DNA from: an uncultured Thermotogae bacterium
Lineage (GTDB): Bacteria > Bipolaricaulota > Bipolaricaulia > UBA7950 > UBA9294
DNA: 64,000 bases
Reading direction: 5' to 3'
Assembly: GCA_964528085.1 (NCBI GenBank)
Contig: CAZGRE010000002.1
Span: 5,150-69,149 of the forward strand
The translations under genes were made by a program, and so were the position numbers. Positions 51,651 through 63,100 of the stretch are shown here, piece after piece (the first letter of the stretch is position 1; each line of letters starts with the position of its first letter). The notes beneath the pieces were generated by a model, which was not told the DNA's origin, ran no database searches, and saw only the letters and a program-made list of their open reading frames with translations.

Positions 51651-52207
51651 TCGGTCAGCGAAGATGGCGCGATGTCATTACACCACTTGACTGGACGTGA
51701 CCAGAAGTCGCCCAAGTATCCCTCCCAGAAGCGAGTTCGGATGCACTTGCAAGTAGGCGATCAGGTCGAACAAAAAGCCGGAAGCCCAGTGCTTAAGGAA
51801 CGGAGGGTGCACAAGCGCGCTTCCCCTGCATGGTACTTCGAGCGGCATCATTGATGCGAAGACCGGCGAGGTGATTCACGAGTGCTCGGAGCCATTGGAG
51901 AAGCACACAGGGCACGGAAGTGCTAAGGAATATGAGAAGAAAAAGCCCAAGATCACACGTACGTGTAGAGGAGGACGAATGACGCTATCTGAAGGCATCC
52001 ACCTCGTTAGGCAGAAGCATCTGGAGGAGAAAGATGGGAAGACTGGTGGCCCCATTGCAGATAAGTACCAACAAGCCTTGGTCAACTACCCAGCGACCAT
52101 GGCGATTGCACATCCATCTGTTCGCGCTTGAGGCGCACAAGACTACAGCTTAATCTGCATAGAGGAACTGCAGTTCCCTAAAAGAAAGTTAGTTTAGAAC
52201 AGCGCTT

Positions 52208-52280
<73 letters not shown>

Positions 52281-52315
52281 GGTTTAGGGTATTGTCGGGG
52301 AAGAGCCACTTCCGG

Positions 52316-55207
52316 TCAAGAGCGGACCACGATGCTCACCATCTTCTTCGGAACGGCGATCGTCTTCACCACGTCCTTCCCCTCGATCCTACTGCGGACC
52401 TGGCCGTCGGCGAGGGCGGCCTGAGCGAGGGCGTCCGCATCCTCGGCGATCTCGCGCGGGACGACGATCCGGGCGCGGAGCCTCCCGTTTATCTGCACCG
52501 GGATCTCGATCGTATCCTCTTGGAGGGCGTCCTCACGATACGACGGCCAAGGCTCCCTCAGAACGGCGTCATCGTGGCCGAGGCGCCGCCAGAGCTCCTC
52601 GCAGAGGAACGGTGCCATCGGGGAGAGGATCAGGATCAACCCGTCGAACGCCTCGCGGAGGAGGGAGGGGTCCGTATCACCTTCTAGATAACGGGAGAGG
52701 TCATTCGTGAACTCCATGATCGCAGCAACGGCCGTGTTGAAGCTGAACCGCTTCTCTATGTCCTCGGTCACCTTCTTCACGGTCGCGTGATAGCACCGCC
52801 AGATGCGGAGGCCGGGCTCATCGAGCTCTCGTAGATCGGTCCTCTCCCCGATCGGCGCAACCCGATCGAGGTTTCCGACGATCAAGGAATAGAGGCGGTT
52901 TAGGAACCGGAACGAGCCGCGGATCCCCTCCTCGGTCCAGTCGATGTCACGATCCGGCGGGCCCATGAACAGCGTATAGACCCGCTCGGTGTCGGCCCCG
53001 TAGCGGTCGATGATCTCCTCCGGGGAGACGACGTTCTTCTTCGACTTCGACATCGAGAAGTTGTAGGTCTCGAGCTCCCGCCCGCAATGGGGGCAGCGGC
53101 CGTCCTCCGCCTCGTGCGGATAGAGCCAGCCGTGCTCAGGGCAGCGGTAGGCGGTATGGCAGATCATCCCCTGGGTGAACAGCCGCTCGAACGGCTCGTC
53201 GAACGAGAGATACCCCATGTCGTGGAGGGCCTTGGTGATGAACCGGGAATAGAGGAGATGGAGGATCGCGTGTTCGACCCCGCCGACGTACTGGTCGACC
53301 GGGAGCCACCGGTCTACGTCCTCCTTGACGAACGGGGCCTCCCGTTCGTGCGGGTTTATGTAGCGGAGGTAGTACCAGGATGAGTCGACGAACGTGTCCA
53401 TCGTGTCCGTATCCCGCTTCGCCGGCTTCCCGCAGATCGGGCATGCCGCATCGGCGTACCCTGGGATGTCGGCGAGCCCCTTCTTCCCGATGAACTCGAC
53501 CTCGGGGAGGAGGACGGGAAGATCCTCCTCAGGGACAGGGACGATCCCGCAATCGTCGCAATAGACGATCGGGATTGGCGCCCCCCAGTAGCGCTGACGG
53601 GAGATCAGCCAGTCGTGCAACCGGTAGTTCACCGCCTGCTTCCCTTTACCCGTCTCCTCGAGCCAGGAGATCACCGCATCGGCGGCCTCATCCCCCGGCG
53701 TTCCGGTGAATTCACCCGAATTCATCATCGCCCCGTAATCGGCATGGAAGAGGAGATCGCGGTAGGGTGGAATATCCCCCAGGATCTCCATGGCGGTCCG
53801 CTTCTCCCCGAGGTCCGGGTCGAGGCCGGTGAGCCGCTCGAGGATCTTCCGGTCGGCGCTGACCGAGCCGAGCTCCATCACCCCATCCTCGAACACGAAC
53901 GAGAAACGCACACCGACGATCTCCGTCCAGCAGTTCGGCTTCAGGTGCGAGCGGGCGAGATCGATGTATCGGTCAATCTCACCCTTCGAGAGCTCGACGA
54001 TGATCCCCCTATCCCCGTCCTTAAACCGGATCCCCGCCCGTTCTAGATCCGCGGGGAACCCCTCGTCCATCGTACCGGGACGGACGAACGACCTTGCGCG
54101 GCCGTCTAAGCGTTCGATAACAGGAACGATCGGGATCCCGTACTTGAGGGCGAATGCGAAGTCGCGCTCGTCGTGGGCCGGAACGGCCATGATCGCTCCG
54201 GTCCCGTAGGTCATGAGGACGTAGTCGGCGATGAATACAGGGATCTTCTCCCCGTTCACCGGGTTGATCGCATACCCACCGGTGAAGACCCCGGTCTTTT
54301 CCCGCTCGGTCGAGCTCCGCTCGATCTCGGTCCGCCGGGCGGCTTCATCCCGGTATGCGTCTACCCGAGCGCGGTTCTCATCCGTCGTAAGGGCGTCGAC
54401 GAGCGGGTGCTCGGGGGCGAGGACCATGAACGTCGCCCCCCACAGCGTGTCCGGCCTGGTGGTGAATACGACGATATCCTGTCCCGATTCGGTCTTGAAG
54501 GAGACCTCGGCCCCCGAGCTGCGGCCGATCCAGTTCGACTGCATCTTTTTCACGTTCTCCGGCCAGCCGGTGAGCCCCTCGAGGTCGTCCAACAGCCGGT
54601 CGGCGTAGTCGGTTATCTTGAAGAACCACTGCTCGAGCTCCCTCGGCTCAGGAGGGGTCCCGCACCGCTCGCAGACCCCGCCGACGACCTGCTCGTTGGC
54701 GAGAACGGTCTGGCAGGTCGGGCAGTAGTTCACCGTGGCGCGCTTCTTGTACGCGAGGCCGCGCTCGTAGAGCTTGAGGAAGAGCCACTGCGTCCATTTG
54801 TAGTAGTCGGGGAGGCAGGTCGTGATCTCGCGATCCCAATCGAACTCGACCCCCCAGGCGCGGAACTGCTCCTTGGCGTGCTCGATGTTCTTCAGCGTCC
54901 AATCGCGGGGATGGATCCCCCGCTCGATTGCCGCGTTCTCCGCCGGCAGGCCGAACGCGTCCCAGCCCATCGGGTTCAGGACGTGGTAGCCGCGCATCAG
55001 GTAGAACCGCGTGACTACGTCCCCGATGATGTAATTCCTCCCGTGCCCGACGTGGAGATACCCCGAGGGGTAGGGGAACATGTTAAGATAGTAGAACTTC
55101 TTGTCGACATCGGCGTTGTCGACCCTAAACAGCCCCTCGTCCCGCCAGTAGTCGCGCCAGCGCTCCTCGATCCCCTTGAAGTCGTACCGCTCTGAGCTTC
55201 CTGCCAT
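52316..55207 (-). CDS. leuS: Leucyl-tRNA synthetase
   Basis: 963 aa; HIGH-type motif [11 protein letters not shown]; KMSKS-type motif FSMSKSK; CP1 editing domain. Confidence 0.95.
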   Translation of the reverse strand: MAGSSERYDFKGIEERWRDYWRDEGLFRVDNADVDKKFYYLNMFPYPSGYLHVGHGRNYIIGDVVTRFYLMRGYHVLNPMGWDAFGLPAENAAIERGIHPRDWTLKNIEHAKEQFRAWGVEFDWDREITTCLPDYYKWTQWLFLKLYERGLAYKKRATVNYCPTCQTVLANEQVVGGVCERCGTPPEPRELEQWFFKITDYADRLLDDLEGLTGWPENVKKMQSNWIGRSSGAEVSFKTESGQDIVVFTTRPDTLWGATFMVLAPEHPLVDALTTDENRARVDAYRDEAARRTEIERSSTEREKTGVFTGGYAINPVNGEKIPVFIADYVLMTYGTGAIMAVPAHDERDFAFALKYGIPIVPVIERLDGRARSFVRPGTMDEGFPADLERAGIRFKDGDRGIIVELSKGEIDRYIDLARSHLKPNCWTEIVGVRFSFVFEDGVMELGSVSADRKILERLTGLDPDLGEKRTAMEILGDIPPYRDLLFHADYGAMMNSGEFTGTPGDEAADAVISWLEETGKGKQAVNYRLHDWLISRQRYWGAPIPIVYCDDCGIVPVPEEDLPVLLPEVEFIGKKGLADIPGYADAACPICGKPAKRDTDTMDTFVDSSWYYLRYINPHEREAPFVKEDVDRWLPVDQYVGGVEHAILHLLYSRFITKALHDMGYLSFDEPFERLFTQGMICHTAYRCPEHGWLYPHEAEDGRCPHCGRELETYNFSMSKSKKNVVSPEEIIDRYGADTERVYTLFMGPPDRDIDWTEEGIRGSFRFLNRLYSLIVGNLDRVAPIGERTDLRELDEPGLRIWRCYHATVKKVTEDIEKRFSFNTAVAAIMEFTNDLSRYLEGDTDPSLLREAFDGLILILSPMAPFLCEELWRRLGHDDAVLREPWPSYREDALQEDTIEIPVQINGRLRARIVVPREIAEDADALAQAALADGQVRSRIEGKDVVKTIAVPKKMVSIVVRS

Positions 55208-55209
55208 CG

Positions 55210-56679
55210 TCAGATTCCCTCTCGCGCGAGGCGTTCCGCCTCGTCCAACAGCTTTTGCACGTCGCTTTCCCGCTCCATCTCACAGTAGAGCCGGAGGATC
55301 GGCTCTGTCCCCGAGGCGCGGAACAGGAGCCATCCCCGATCGAACCGGAGCTTCACGCCGTCTAAGGTCTCGACCGATCGTACAGGCAATCCCGCGAACC
55401 GCTCCGGCGGATCGTCCTTGAGTTTCTCCACGACCTCCAACCGCGCCGGGACGTGGATGTCGCGGCGATGGTAGAATCGCGGTCCGTACTCGTCGAACAG
55501 CGACTGGACGACCTCGCTCATCGGCCGATTTGCGCTCGCCGCGATCTCGGTCAGGAGGAGCGAGCAGAGCACACCGTCGCGCTCGGGGATGTGCCCACTG
55601 ATCGCGATGCTCCCGCTCTCCTCGGCAGCGATCAGGACGTCTCCCCGCTTCAGGATCTGCTCGCAGTGATGCTTGAACCCGATCGGGACGACGATCTGGG
55701 GGAGGCCGTAGTCCTCGCACATGTCGCGCGCCATGTCGGTGAGGTTGAACGAGGTGACGACCGCGCCGCGCATCCCCCTCTCCTCTACAAGGTAGCGGAG
55801 GATGAGGGCGAACGTCCGGTGGGGGTCGATGAACCCCCCGCGCTCGTCCATCGCCGAGATCCGGTCGCCGTCGCCGTCGGTCACCACACCGATCAACCGC
55901 TTCTTCTTAGGACGGAGCGATGCGATCACCGCGCGCAAGGGGACGAGGTTCTCCTCGAGCGGCTCCGGCTTTACCCCCCCGAAGAGGGGATCGCGCCGGG
56001 CGCGGATCTCGGTGTAGGGGACGCGATTCTCGCTCAGGATCTCGGCGACCCACCCCTGCGCCGAGCCGTACATCGAATCGATCACGACGTGCACCGGGGA
56101 GGCCTTCAGCCGCGCCGGATCGATGAGCGCTCGGATCTTGTCGAGGAACGGCGCCCGCAGGTCGACCTGCGGGATCGCTTCATTCGGACTGCGAGGCACG
56201 GGGTTCTGTCCGCGCAGGTTCGCCACGACCCCGTCGGTCACCTCTTCCGGTGCGGATCCGCCGTACTCGGCCTTGTACTTGATCCCGTTATAGACTGGGG
56301 GGTTGTGGGAGGCGGTGATCACGATCCCGGCGGCGGCACGGCGGTCGACGACCGCGTAGGAGACGGCCGGGGTGGTGACGGGCGTGTCCGCGACCACGAC
56401 CGGGATCCCGGAGTCGTAGAGGACCCTGGCGAAGTGGTGAGCGAACTCCCGCGACAGGAACCGCATGTCGTAGCCGACCACGACCCCGTCCTCCGCCGGA
56501 CGGTACTCCGCCCCCCAGTCGGTGTAGATCAAAAGCTTATCCCGATCAGCGGAAGGGAGGAACCTCCCCGTCGCCGCGGCGACCCGACCGACGTTCGCGA
56601 ACGTGAAATCGCGGGCGATGATCCCGCGCCACCCGTCCGTCCCGAACCGGACGGGCTCATCTGCGCTTCGTCTTCCCAC
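55210..56679 (-). CDS. Phosphoglucomutase/phosphomannomutase family protein
   Basis: Active-site serine motif TASHNP; alpha-D-phosphohexomutase four-domain layout. Confidence 0.85.
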   Translation of the reverse strand: MGRRSADEPVRFGTDGWRGIIARDFTFANVGRVAAATGRFLPSADRDKLLIYTDWGAEYRPAEDGVVVGYDMRFLSREFAHHFARVLYDSGIPVVVADTPVTTPAVSYAVVDRRAAAGIVITASHNPPVYNGIKYKAEYGGSAPEEVTDGVVANLRGQNPVPRSPNEAIPQVDLRAPFLDKIRALIDPARLKASPVHVVIDSMYGSAQGWVAEILSENRVPYTEIRARRDPLFGGVKPEPLEENLVPLRAVIASLRPKKKRLIGVVTDGDGDRISAMDERGGFIDPHRTFALILRYLVEERGMRGAVVTSFNLTDMARDMCEDYGLPQIVVPIGFKHHCEQILKRGDVLIAAEESGSIAISGHIPERDGVLCSLLLTEIAASANRPMSEVVQSLFDEYGPRFYHRRDIHVPARLEVVEKLKDDPPERFAGLPVRSVETLDGVKLRFDRGWLLFRASGTEPILRLYCEMERESDVQKLLDEAERLAREGI

Positions 56680-56935
56680 TTCTCTTTCCCCTTTGCTTAA
56701 GGCGCGAGGTCATGTTGATCCGCTCGACGTTCTCCGGAAGCTTCAGATCGTCACGGCGGAGGATCTCCTCGAGGAGGGTATAAGGGAGGGAGGTCTCGAT
56801 CCAGATCGAGTCGATATCGACGACCCCATTCCGCACCGGAACGCGAGGGATGACCCGTTCGACCGCCTCCTTGTACCGGAGCGACATCCCCTCCCCACCG
56901 GGACGATACCCGTCGGTCTCTTCTTCGGTAACCAT
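56657..56935 (-). CDS. Small hypothetical protein (92 aa) upstream of the phosphohexomutase
   Basis: ATG at 56935 with GAAGGGGA RBS; basic C-terminal tail; overlaps the phosphohexomutase start by 23 nt; the ORF-track N-terminal extension to 57229 is Arg-rich low complexity. Confidence 0.45.
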   Translation of the reverse strand: MVTEEETDGYRPGGEGMSLRYKEAVERVIPRVPVRNGVVDIDSIWIETSLPYTLLEEILRRDDLKLPENVERINMTSRLKQRGKRSGKTKRR

Positions 56936-57123
56936 ACTTAAAAATCCCCTTCGATCGCAGTCGGTTATGGCCGATCGCCGGCCGTGAGAAAGGCGAACGG
57001 AGGCCCGTCCGTCTCGAACCGGCGGCCGATCATAGCACAGCCGCAGGATCGGTGTAAAGGAGCCCGGTTGGTGAGCGGTAAAGGATATGCTAAAATCCCT
57101 GTTTAAGCCCGAGGGGGGATCAC

Positions 57124-59280
57124 GTGATAAAACGGCTGATAGTCTTGTTCCTTTTCGCGATCGCACTCCTTTCGTTCTGTGCGCTCGCCTCCCTCGATCA
57201 GAGCGATCTCGCGCGCCTCGATCCGGCACTCAGGGCAGCGCTCATCACGAGCGAGGGTGGAAACTCCCCCCAGGGTTTCCTCTACCCGCTGTTCGATTCA
57301 GAGCGCTTTCAGATCACGTTCTCCCCATCGACCGGCGAGGCGAAGATTGGCGTCCTGGTGAAGGTGGACCGGCCGATCCCTGGGATGGCGTACGCCGGGA
57401 TACCGATCCGGGGGAAGGCCGGCTCGATAATCAGCCTTTCGGTCAGCCTCGGCGAGCTCTATCGACTCGCAGAGGACGATGACGTCGTCTACATCGAGCC
57501 GGCGTGGAAGACATCCCCCAAGCTCGACTACAGCGTCCCGGCGATCGGGGCGGCCGAGGTCCATGCGGCCTCCCCGCCGGTCATCGGGGAGGGGGCGATC
57601 GTCGGGCTGGTCGACACGGGGATAGACTACACGCACCTTGACTTCCGCTATGATTCGGATGGGGATGGATTCGAGGAATCCTCTCGGATCCTTGCAATCT
57701 GGGATCAGACGTGGGGGCTCCTCGGTGCGAGCTACGACAGGACAGAGATCGAGGAGGATATCGCCCTCGGCTACGGCTCTGGGGAGGGGGCGGTCCGCGA
57801 GTCGGATACGGACGGGCATGGGACGCACGTCGCGAGCATCGCAGCCGGGGATGGGTCCTCTTCTCCCTACGGGTTCGTCGGGGTCGCTCCCGGAGCCGAC
57901 ATCATCGCTGTAAAGACCTCGTTCTACACCTCGGACATCCTCTCCGGGGTCGAGTACATCTTCGATCGGGCGACGGAACTGAACCGGCCGGCCGTTGTCA
58001 ACCTCAGCCTCGGCGGGCACGAAGGACCGCACGACGGGACGAGCCTGTTCGAGGAGGGACTCGACCGGCTCGCCGTCGGGCCGGGGAGGGCGATCGTCGT
58101 CTCGGCCGGGAACGAGGGTGACGAGAAGATTCATGCCTCCTCCACCCTGAACGGGGGCGCATTCACGTTCGAGGTGATCCCGGACGATTGGGAGATCGAG
58201 CTCAACATCTGGTACCCCGGATCGTCCGAGTTCACGATAACGGTCGTCTCTCCCTCGGATCTGCCGACCATTGCCCCGAAGGGGACGAACACCGGTCCGG
58301 TCCTCACCCCGGACGGAATCGTGTACATCGACAATGCATCGGCCGGTGTCAACCCGAACAACGGGGACAACGAGGGGTTCATCAGGCTGACCAATGTGAC
58401 GCGGGGGGACCGCTGGCGGGTCGTGATAACCGATACGGACGGCGGCGGGAGGTTCGACGCGTGGATCTCGAGCGGATCTGCGAGGATCGCAGGCGGGGAT
58501 TCAAACTCCACGATCGACGAACCGGGAAACGCACACCGCGTGATTACGGTCGGGGCGTTTACGACCAAGGCGGCATGGCCGTCGCAGGCGGGGGAGGAGG
58601 ACTTCTCCGCCGACTACACCGTGGGGGCGATCGCCTACTTCTCGAGCCGAGGGCCGACGCGCGACGGGAGGACGAAGCCGGACCTCGCCGCCCCGGGAGC
58701 GTGGATCTGCGCCGCCCGCTCGGCGGACGCAACGGCGTACTCCTACCTCCTCCACCCCGATGGGAAGCACATGATCGAACTCGGAACGAGCATGGCCGCA
58801 CCGCACGTGGCGGGGGCGCTCGCCCTCCTCTTCTCCCTCGATCCCGATCTGACCGCCGATGAGGCGAGGGGGATCCTGACCTCGACGGCACGGGAGGATT
58901 ACTTCACGGGTGCGACCCCGAACGACATCTGGGGATGGGGGAAGATCGACGTCACAGGGGCGGTGGCGAGTGTCGAGCCGCCCGAGCCGGTGAATCCGCC
59001 GGAGGAGGATCTCCCTTCGATCTCGCTCGAGGAGAATCCGGCCGTCGATGCGGCCCGGTTCACCTACGAGACCCCGGACGGTGCGACAGAAGCGACCCTC
59101 CGGATCTACACGGTGAGTGGAAGGCTCGTCTTTGCGGTCGATCTCCCTCCGGGGGATGGGGCCTATAGGTGGAACCTGACATCGCTGCGCGGGGAGAGGC
59201 TCGCCGCCGGGCTCTACCTCTACGTCCTCGTCACCGACCGGGGAATATCGGAGGTCGGAAGGCTGGTGATCGAACGATGA
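57124..59280 (+). CDS. Secreted subtilisin-like (S8) protease with C-terminal T9SS-type sorting domain (Por_Secre_tail / FlgD Ig-like)
   Basis: GTG start after GAGGGGGG; signal peptide; catalytic D (VGLVDTGID), H (HGTHVASI) and S (GTSMAAPHVAG); last about 70 aa (ATLRIYTVSGRLVFAVDLPPGDGAYRWNLTSLRGERLAAGLYLYVLVTDRGISEVGRLVIER) match the T9SS CTD consensus. Confidence 0.8.
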   Translation: MIKRLIVLFLFAIALLSFCALASLDQSDLARLDPALRAALITSEGGNSPQGFLYPLFDSERFQITFSPSTGEAKIGVLVKVDRPIPGMAYAGIPIRGKAGSIISLSVSLGELYRLAEDDDVVYIEPAWKTSPKLDYSVPAIGAAEVHAASPPVIGEGAIVGLVDTGIDYTHLDFRYDSDGDGFEESSRILAIWDQTWGLLGASYDRTEIEEDIALGYGSGEGAVRESDTDGHGTHVASIAAGDGSSSPYGFVGVAPGADIIAVKTSFYTSDILSGVEYIFDRATELNRPAVVNLSLGGHEGPHDGTSLFEEGLDRLAVGPGRAIVVSAGNEGDEKIHASSTLNGGAFTFEVIPDDWEIELNIWYPGSSEFTITVVSPSDLPTIAPKGTNTGPVLTPDGIVYIDNASAGVNPNNGDNEGFIRLTNVTRGDRWRVVITDTDGGGRFDAWISSGSARIAGGDSNSTIDEPGNAHRVITVGAFTTKAAWPSQAGEEDFSADYTVGAIAYFSSRGPTRDGRTKPDLAAPGAWICAARSADATAYSYLLHPDGKHMIELGTSMAAPHVAGALALLFSLDPDLTADEARGILTSTAREDYFTGATPNDIWGWGKIDVTGAVASVEPPEPVNPPEEDLPSISLEENPAVDAARFTYETPDGATEATLRIYTVSGRLVFAVDLPPGDGAYRWNLTSLRGERLAAGLYLYVLVTDRGISEVGRLVIER

Positions 59281-60122
59281 ACGGCTTCAGAGGGCTTGCC
59301 CTCGTTGCATTGATCCTCCTTCTCAGCGCGTTCTCCGCCGGAGCTGTGGAGAACGTCGGTGGGCTATTCGACATCGGAATCTCGGCCCGCGGGGAGGGGC
59401 TCGGGGGAGGATACTCAGCGCTCGTCGACGACGAGACGGCCGTCCTCTACAACCCCGCTGCCCTCGGATGGTATAAGGGGTTGGGTCTCTCCTCGATCTT
59501 CACCCGCCAGTTCGGGGTAGCGTCGTACGGATCGATCGGGTTGGCCGGCTCGTACGTCGGGATCGATCTTCTCTTCCTCGAGTCAGGACCGATCTCATCG
59601 GGAGACGATACGTTCAACTACGCGAGCCAAGGGATCGTCGCTGCGATCGGGATTCCGCTCGGGAACGCCGCTGTCGGCATCCGATGGCGGTATCTCAACG
59701 TATCATCCCCGTTCACTGGAAGCGGGTGGGCGATCGATCCGGCCATCCTCGTCGTCACCGACACCGTCCGGGTCGCCCTCCTCTACGAAGGGGCGGCATC
59801 CGCACCGGTCGGCTACAGCACGGGGGGGAGCGATCCCTGGGAGAGCTCCCTCCGGCTCGGCCTCGCCCTCACCCTCAGCCCGACCCCGGGCGTCCTGTGG
59901 AACGCGACGTTCGAGGCCTCAGGCCTCTTCTCGTCCGCCTCCGCTCTCTCCGGCGGAATCGAGTCATGGATCGGGGGGATCGGCGCGCGCATCGGCTACG
60001 ACGGGGACGGCCCGACGTTCGGATTGTCGATTCGGTTCACCGCCCTGGAGATCGACTGGGCTTACACGACGCGGAGCGATCTCGGCGATACCCACCGCGT
60101 CTCCCTCTCCCTCAGGTTTTAG
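59277..60122 (+). CDS. FadL/PorV-like outer-membrane beta-barrel protein
   Basis: ATG overlaps the protease stop (ATGA); signal peptide; N-terminal block GEGLGGGYSALVDDETAVLYNPAALGW matches the FadL/PorV plug motif; amphipathic beta strands ending in an aromatic residue (SLSLRF). Confidence 0.55.
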   Translation: MNGFRGLALVALILLLSAFSAGAVENVGGLFDIGISARGEGLGGGYSALVDDETAVLYNPAALGWYKGLGLSSIFTRQFGVASYGSIGLAGSYVGIDLLFLESGPISSGDDTFNYASQGIVAAIGIPLGNAAVGIRWRYLNVSSPFTGSGWAIDPAILVVTDTVRVALLYEGAASAPVGYSTGGSDPWESSLRLGLALTLSPTPGVLWNATFEASGLFSSASALSGGIESWIGGIGARIGYDGDGPTFGLSIRFTALEIDWAYTTRSDLGDTHRVSLSLRF

Positions 60123-60133
60123 AAGGCGACTGC

Positions 60134-63100
60134 ATGCTGAGATCATTACGGAAGATAGCGATAGCCGGCCTCCTCATCGCCTCCATCGCCGCCCCCCTCC
60201 TCGGGGGAGATGACGAACCGTTCACCACCGAGATAACCGGGCGAAAGACGTGGACGATCCGCTATGGGTTCGGTGATCCGATCGGGCTTGCAGCCGCCGG
60301 CCTCGCGCCGGGGCAGATCAGCCTCGATCAGACGCTCGCCGTCGACATCCACGGCGAGGCGCTCTCCGTCCTGACGATCGAGGGGCACTTCGACGATCAG
60401 CAGCCGGAGAGCATGCAGTCCCTGACCGTCTACCTCGATACCGACCGCCTGGACGGATCGTTCGGGGATTTCACCCTCGAGGGGCTCTCTCCGTTCGCCG
60501 TGCATCGGCGGAAGATGAAAGGGGGGAGGCTCGACTACGAGATAGGGAACGCCACGATAACCGCTATCGGTTCTCGGTTCGAAGGGATCACCGAATCGAA
60601 GACGTTCATCGGTTCGACCTCCTCCGCTCAAGTCCTCTACTCCGCATCCCTCCCGGACCGGCCGTGGGTCCCCCAGCCGTATGCAAGGAACATCGAAGGG
60701 TTGTACGCATATCCGCTCTCCATCACCTACGTCGAGGACTTCACCGACGTCACCCTCTCCCTTCCGGTGACAAGCGGGGTCGAATCGATCCTCGCCGAGT
60801 ACTCCCTCTCCTACCTGACCGATTGGCTGAGCGCGAATCAACAGGAAAAGATCGATGAGAAGAAGTTCGCAGTCGTCGGGGACGAGCAGCAGACCCTCGT
60901 ATTGAAGGTGAGGCCGATCGACCTTCTCCGCAGCCGGATAAAGGAGGGGATCGACGCCTACAACCGGGAGAACGCCCTCTCCGGATCGGAGGGGATGATC
61001 TACCCGTTCAACGAAGGGTCGGAATATGAGCTTTCATTCCTAACAGCCCTTTCCCAATCGGCGAAGCTCCTCGTCGACTCGGAGGAACACGAATTGATGA
61101 ACGGCATCCTCCGGCGGTTCTACGATCTCGGCCAGACGGGGATCGTGAGCGATTCCCTCCTCGTCGAGGTCAGCCGCGACGGGATGACGTTCACCTCCAT
61201 CTCCCATCCCGATTATGCCGATTACAAGGTAGAGGTATATCCGGACGAGGGGATGATCGAGGTCGATTTCCCCGATGATTTCTTCGCGGAACCGGCCCGG
61301 GCGTTCCGCGTCTCGTTCTCGTACTCGGTCTCCGGTGGGACGTACTCGCTCGGCTTCTCCCTCGTCCCGGGGAGCGAGCGGGTGACGCTGAACGGGGAGG
61401 TCCTGACGCGTGATACGGATTACATGATCGACTACGAGGCCGGGCTCCTCGTCCTCCTCGTTGAGGTGAAGAATAACGATGTGATCCAGGTCGACTACGA
61501 GAGGTTCACCGGCGGCCTTGGGAGCGGGGCCGATTACGCGCGCTACTTCTACGGGATCTTGCTCGACCTCCCGATCTCGGAGGGGTTCTCTCTCGTCGGC
61601 CGGCTGGTGGAGACGGCCGACGATCCCCGCTCGATCGCCGATCCGGAGTCGGCGAGGACGATGCCGAACCGGCATACGGTCGGCGGGATCGTCGGCTCGA
61701 TCTCCCTCCCTGACTTCATCGGATCGTTCACCATCGGGTACGGCCGCGACCGGTTCCCGTTCGACGACAACCTCCGCGCTCCCCGACCGAACAGGATTCA
61801 TACGATCGCCGCCGGAGGGGGATACGTATTCGCCGGGCATGCCGCCGGGCTGAGCGCCTACCGAGACGGGGAATGGCGCGCCTACGGGGTCGGCGACGGC
61901 CTCTCCGGCCGGGATGTCCGTGCGATCGCTGTCATAGATGACCGCGCCTACATCGGGACCGGCTCCGGCCTGACGGTCGTCTCCCTGATCGGGGTAGCGC
62001 CGCTCGACAGGGTCGACAGCTGGGACCGCTACTACGAGGAGGACGGGCTTCCGGACGACTCCCTCCGCTCCCTCATCCTCCACGACGGTCGGCTCTGGAT
62101 CGGGACCGACGCGGGCCTCGCCTCCGTCCCGGTGGACGAGATCGATGACCCGTCCGCCTGGGTCTCCTACAGCAATGAACGGCTGATCGGCCTCGGCGGG
62201 ATACTCTCCCTCGCCGCTGACGGGGATTACATCTACCTCGGGACGGGGGCCGGGCTTTACCGTTTTTCCCCCGACGATGGGGGGATCACCCTCCTTCCCG
62301 GGACAGAGGGGGCGCGGATCTTTGCCCTTTACCTTGCGGGAGGGACGTTATACGCCGGTTCAGACCGGGGCCTTCGCGCCTTCCGATCCGGGATCGGAGC
62401 GGGGTGGCTCACCATCGGCGAGCCGGTCTACGCCATCGGCGCCATTGACGGGGAGATCTATTACGGGACGGACGACGGCCTCGTCCGGGGAGCGGACGGG
62501 AAGAGGTTATACCGCGGCTGGACGATCACAGCGATCGGGAGCACTCCGGACGGCTCCCTCTGGGTCGGGACCGAGGCGGACACGGACTACACCCTCTTCA
62601 TCTGGCGGCTGGACGAGAGGGAGGAGGGATTCGACAACGAGACGGCGAAGATCAGCGGCGAGGACCCTTCCGGTTTCCTCGACATCCCTGCCGACGAGCA
62701 CACCTCCCGCGGCGGGTTGATCCGCGCCTCGTTCGACCGGTCGGGCGATCGGTTCTCCCTTTCTGGAAGGGTGGAGAGCATCTCCCCCGGATATTCGGCG
62801 ATCGGGAGCTTCGGCCGCCAGGATACAGCCGGCTGGGAGCTCGATGGGACGGTCGAGCTGTGGGAGGGGGCGGGGCTTTCCGCTTCCCACAGCTATCATA
62901 TGGACGATCTCCACTCCGGTTCACCCCGCGCACGGCTGGAGAACGACGTCTCGTTCTCCGCTTCGTTCGGGCCGGAGCTCTCTCTATCAGCCCATCAGGA
63001 GAGCGTCGATACCGATCCCCACCGCCGAGGGGCGGAGACGAGCTACCTCTCCTACCGGTTCTCCCTCGCCGATGCCCTGTTCGATGACGCACTTCACCTC

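Noticed and set aside
51672-52131. Two small plus-strand ORFs (60 and 86 aa) between the IS remnant and tRNA-Ala
   Set aside because: Lower-GC DNA with no RBS, atypical codon usage and no recognisable motifs; treated as non-coding island-edge sequence rather than genes.
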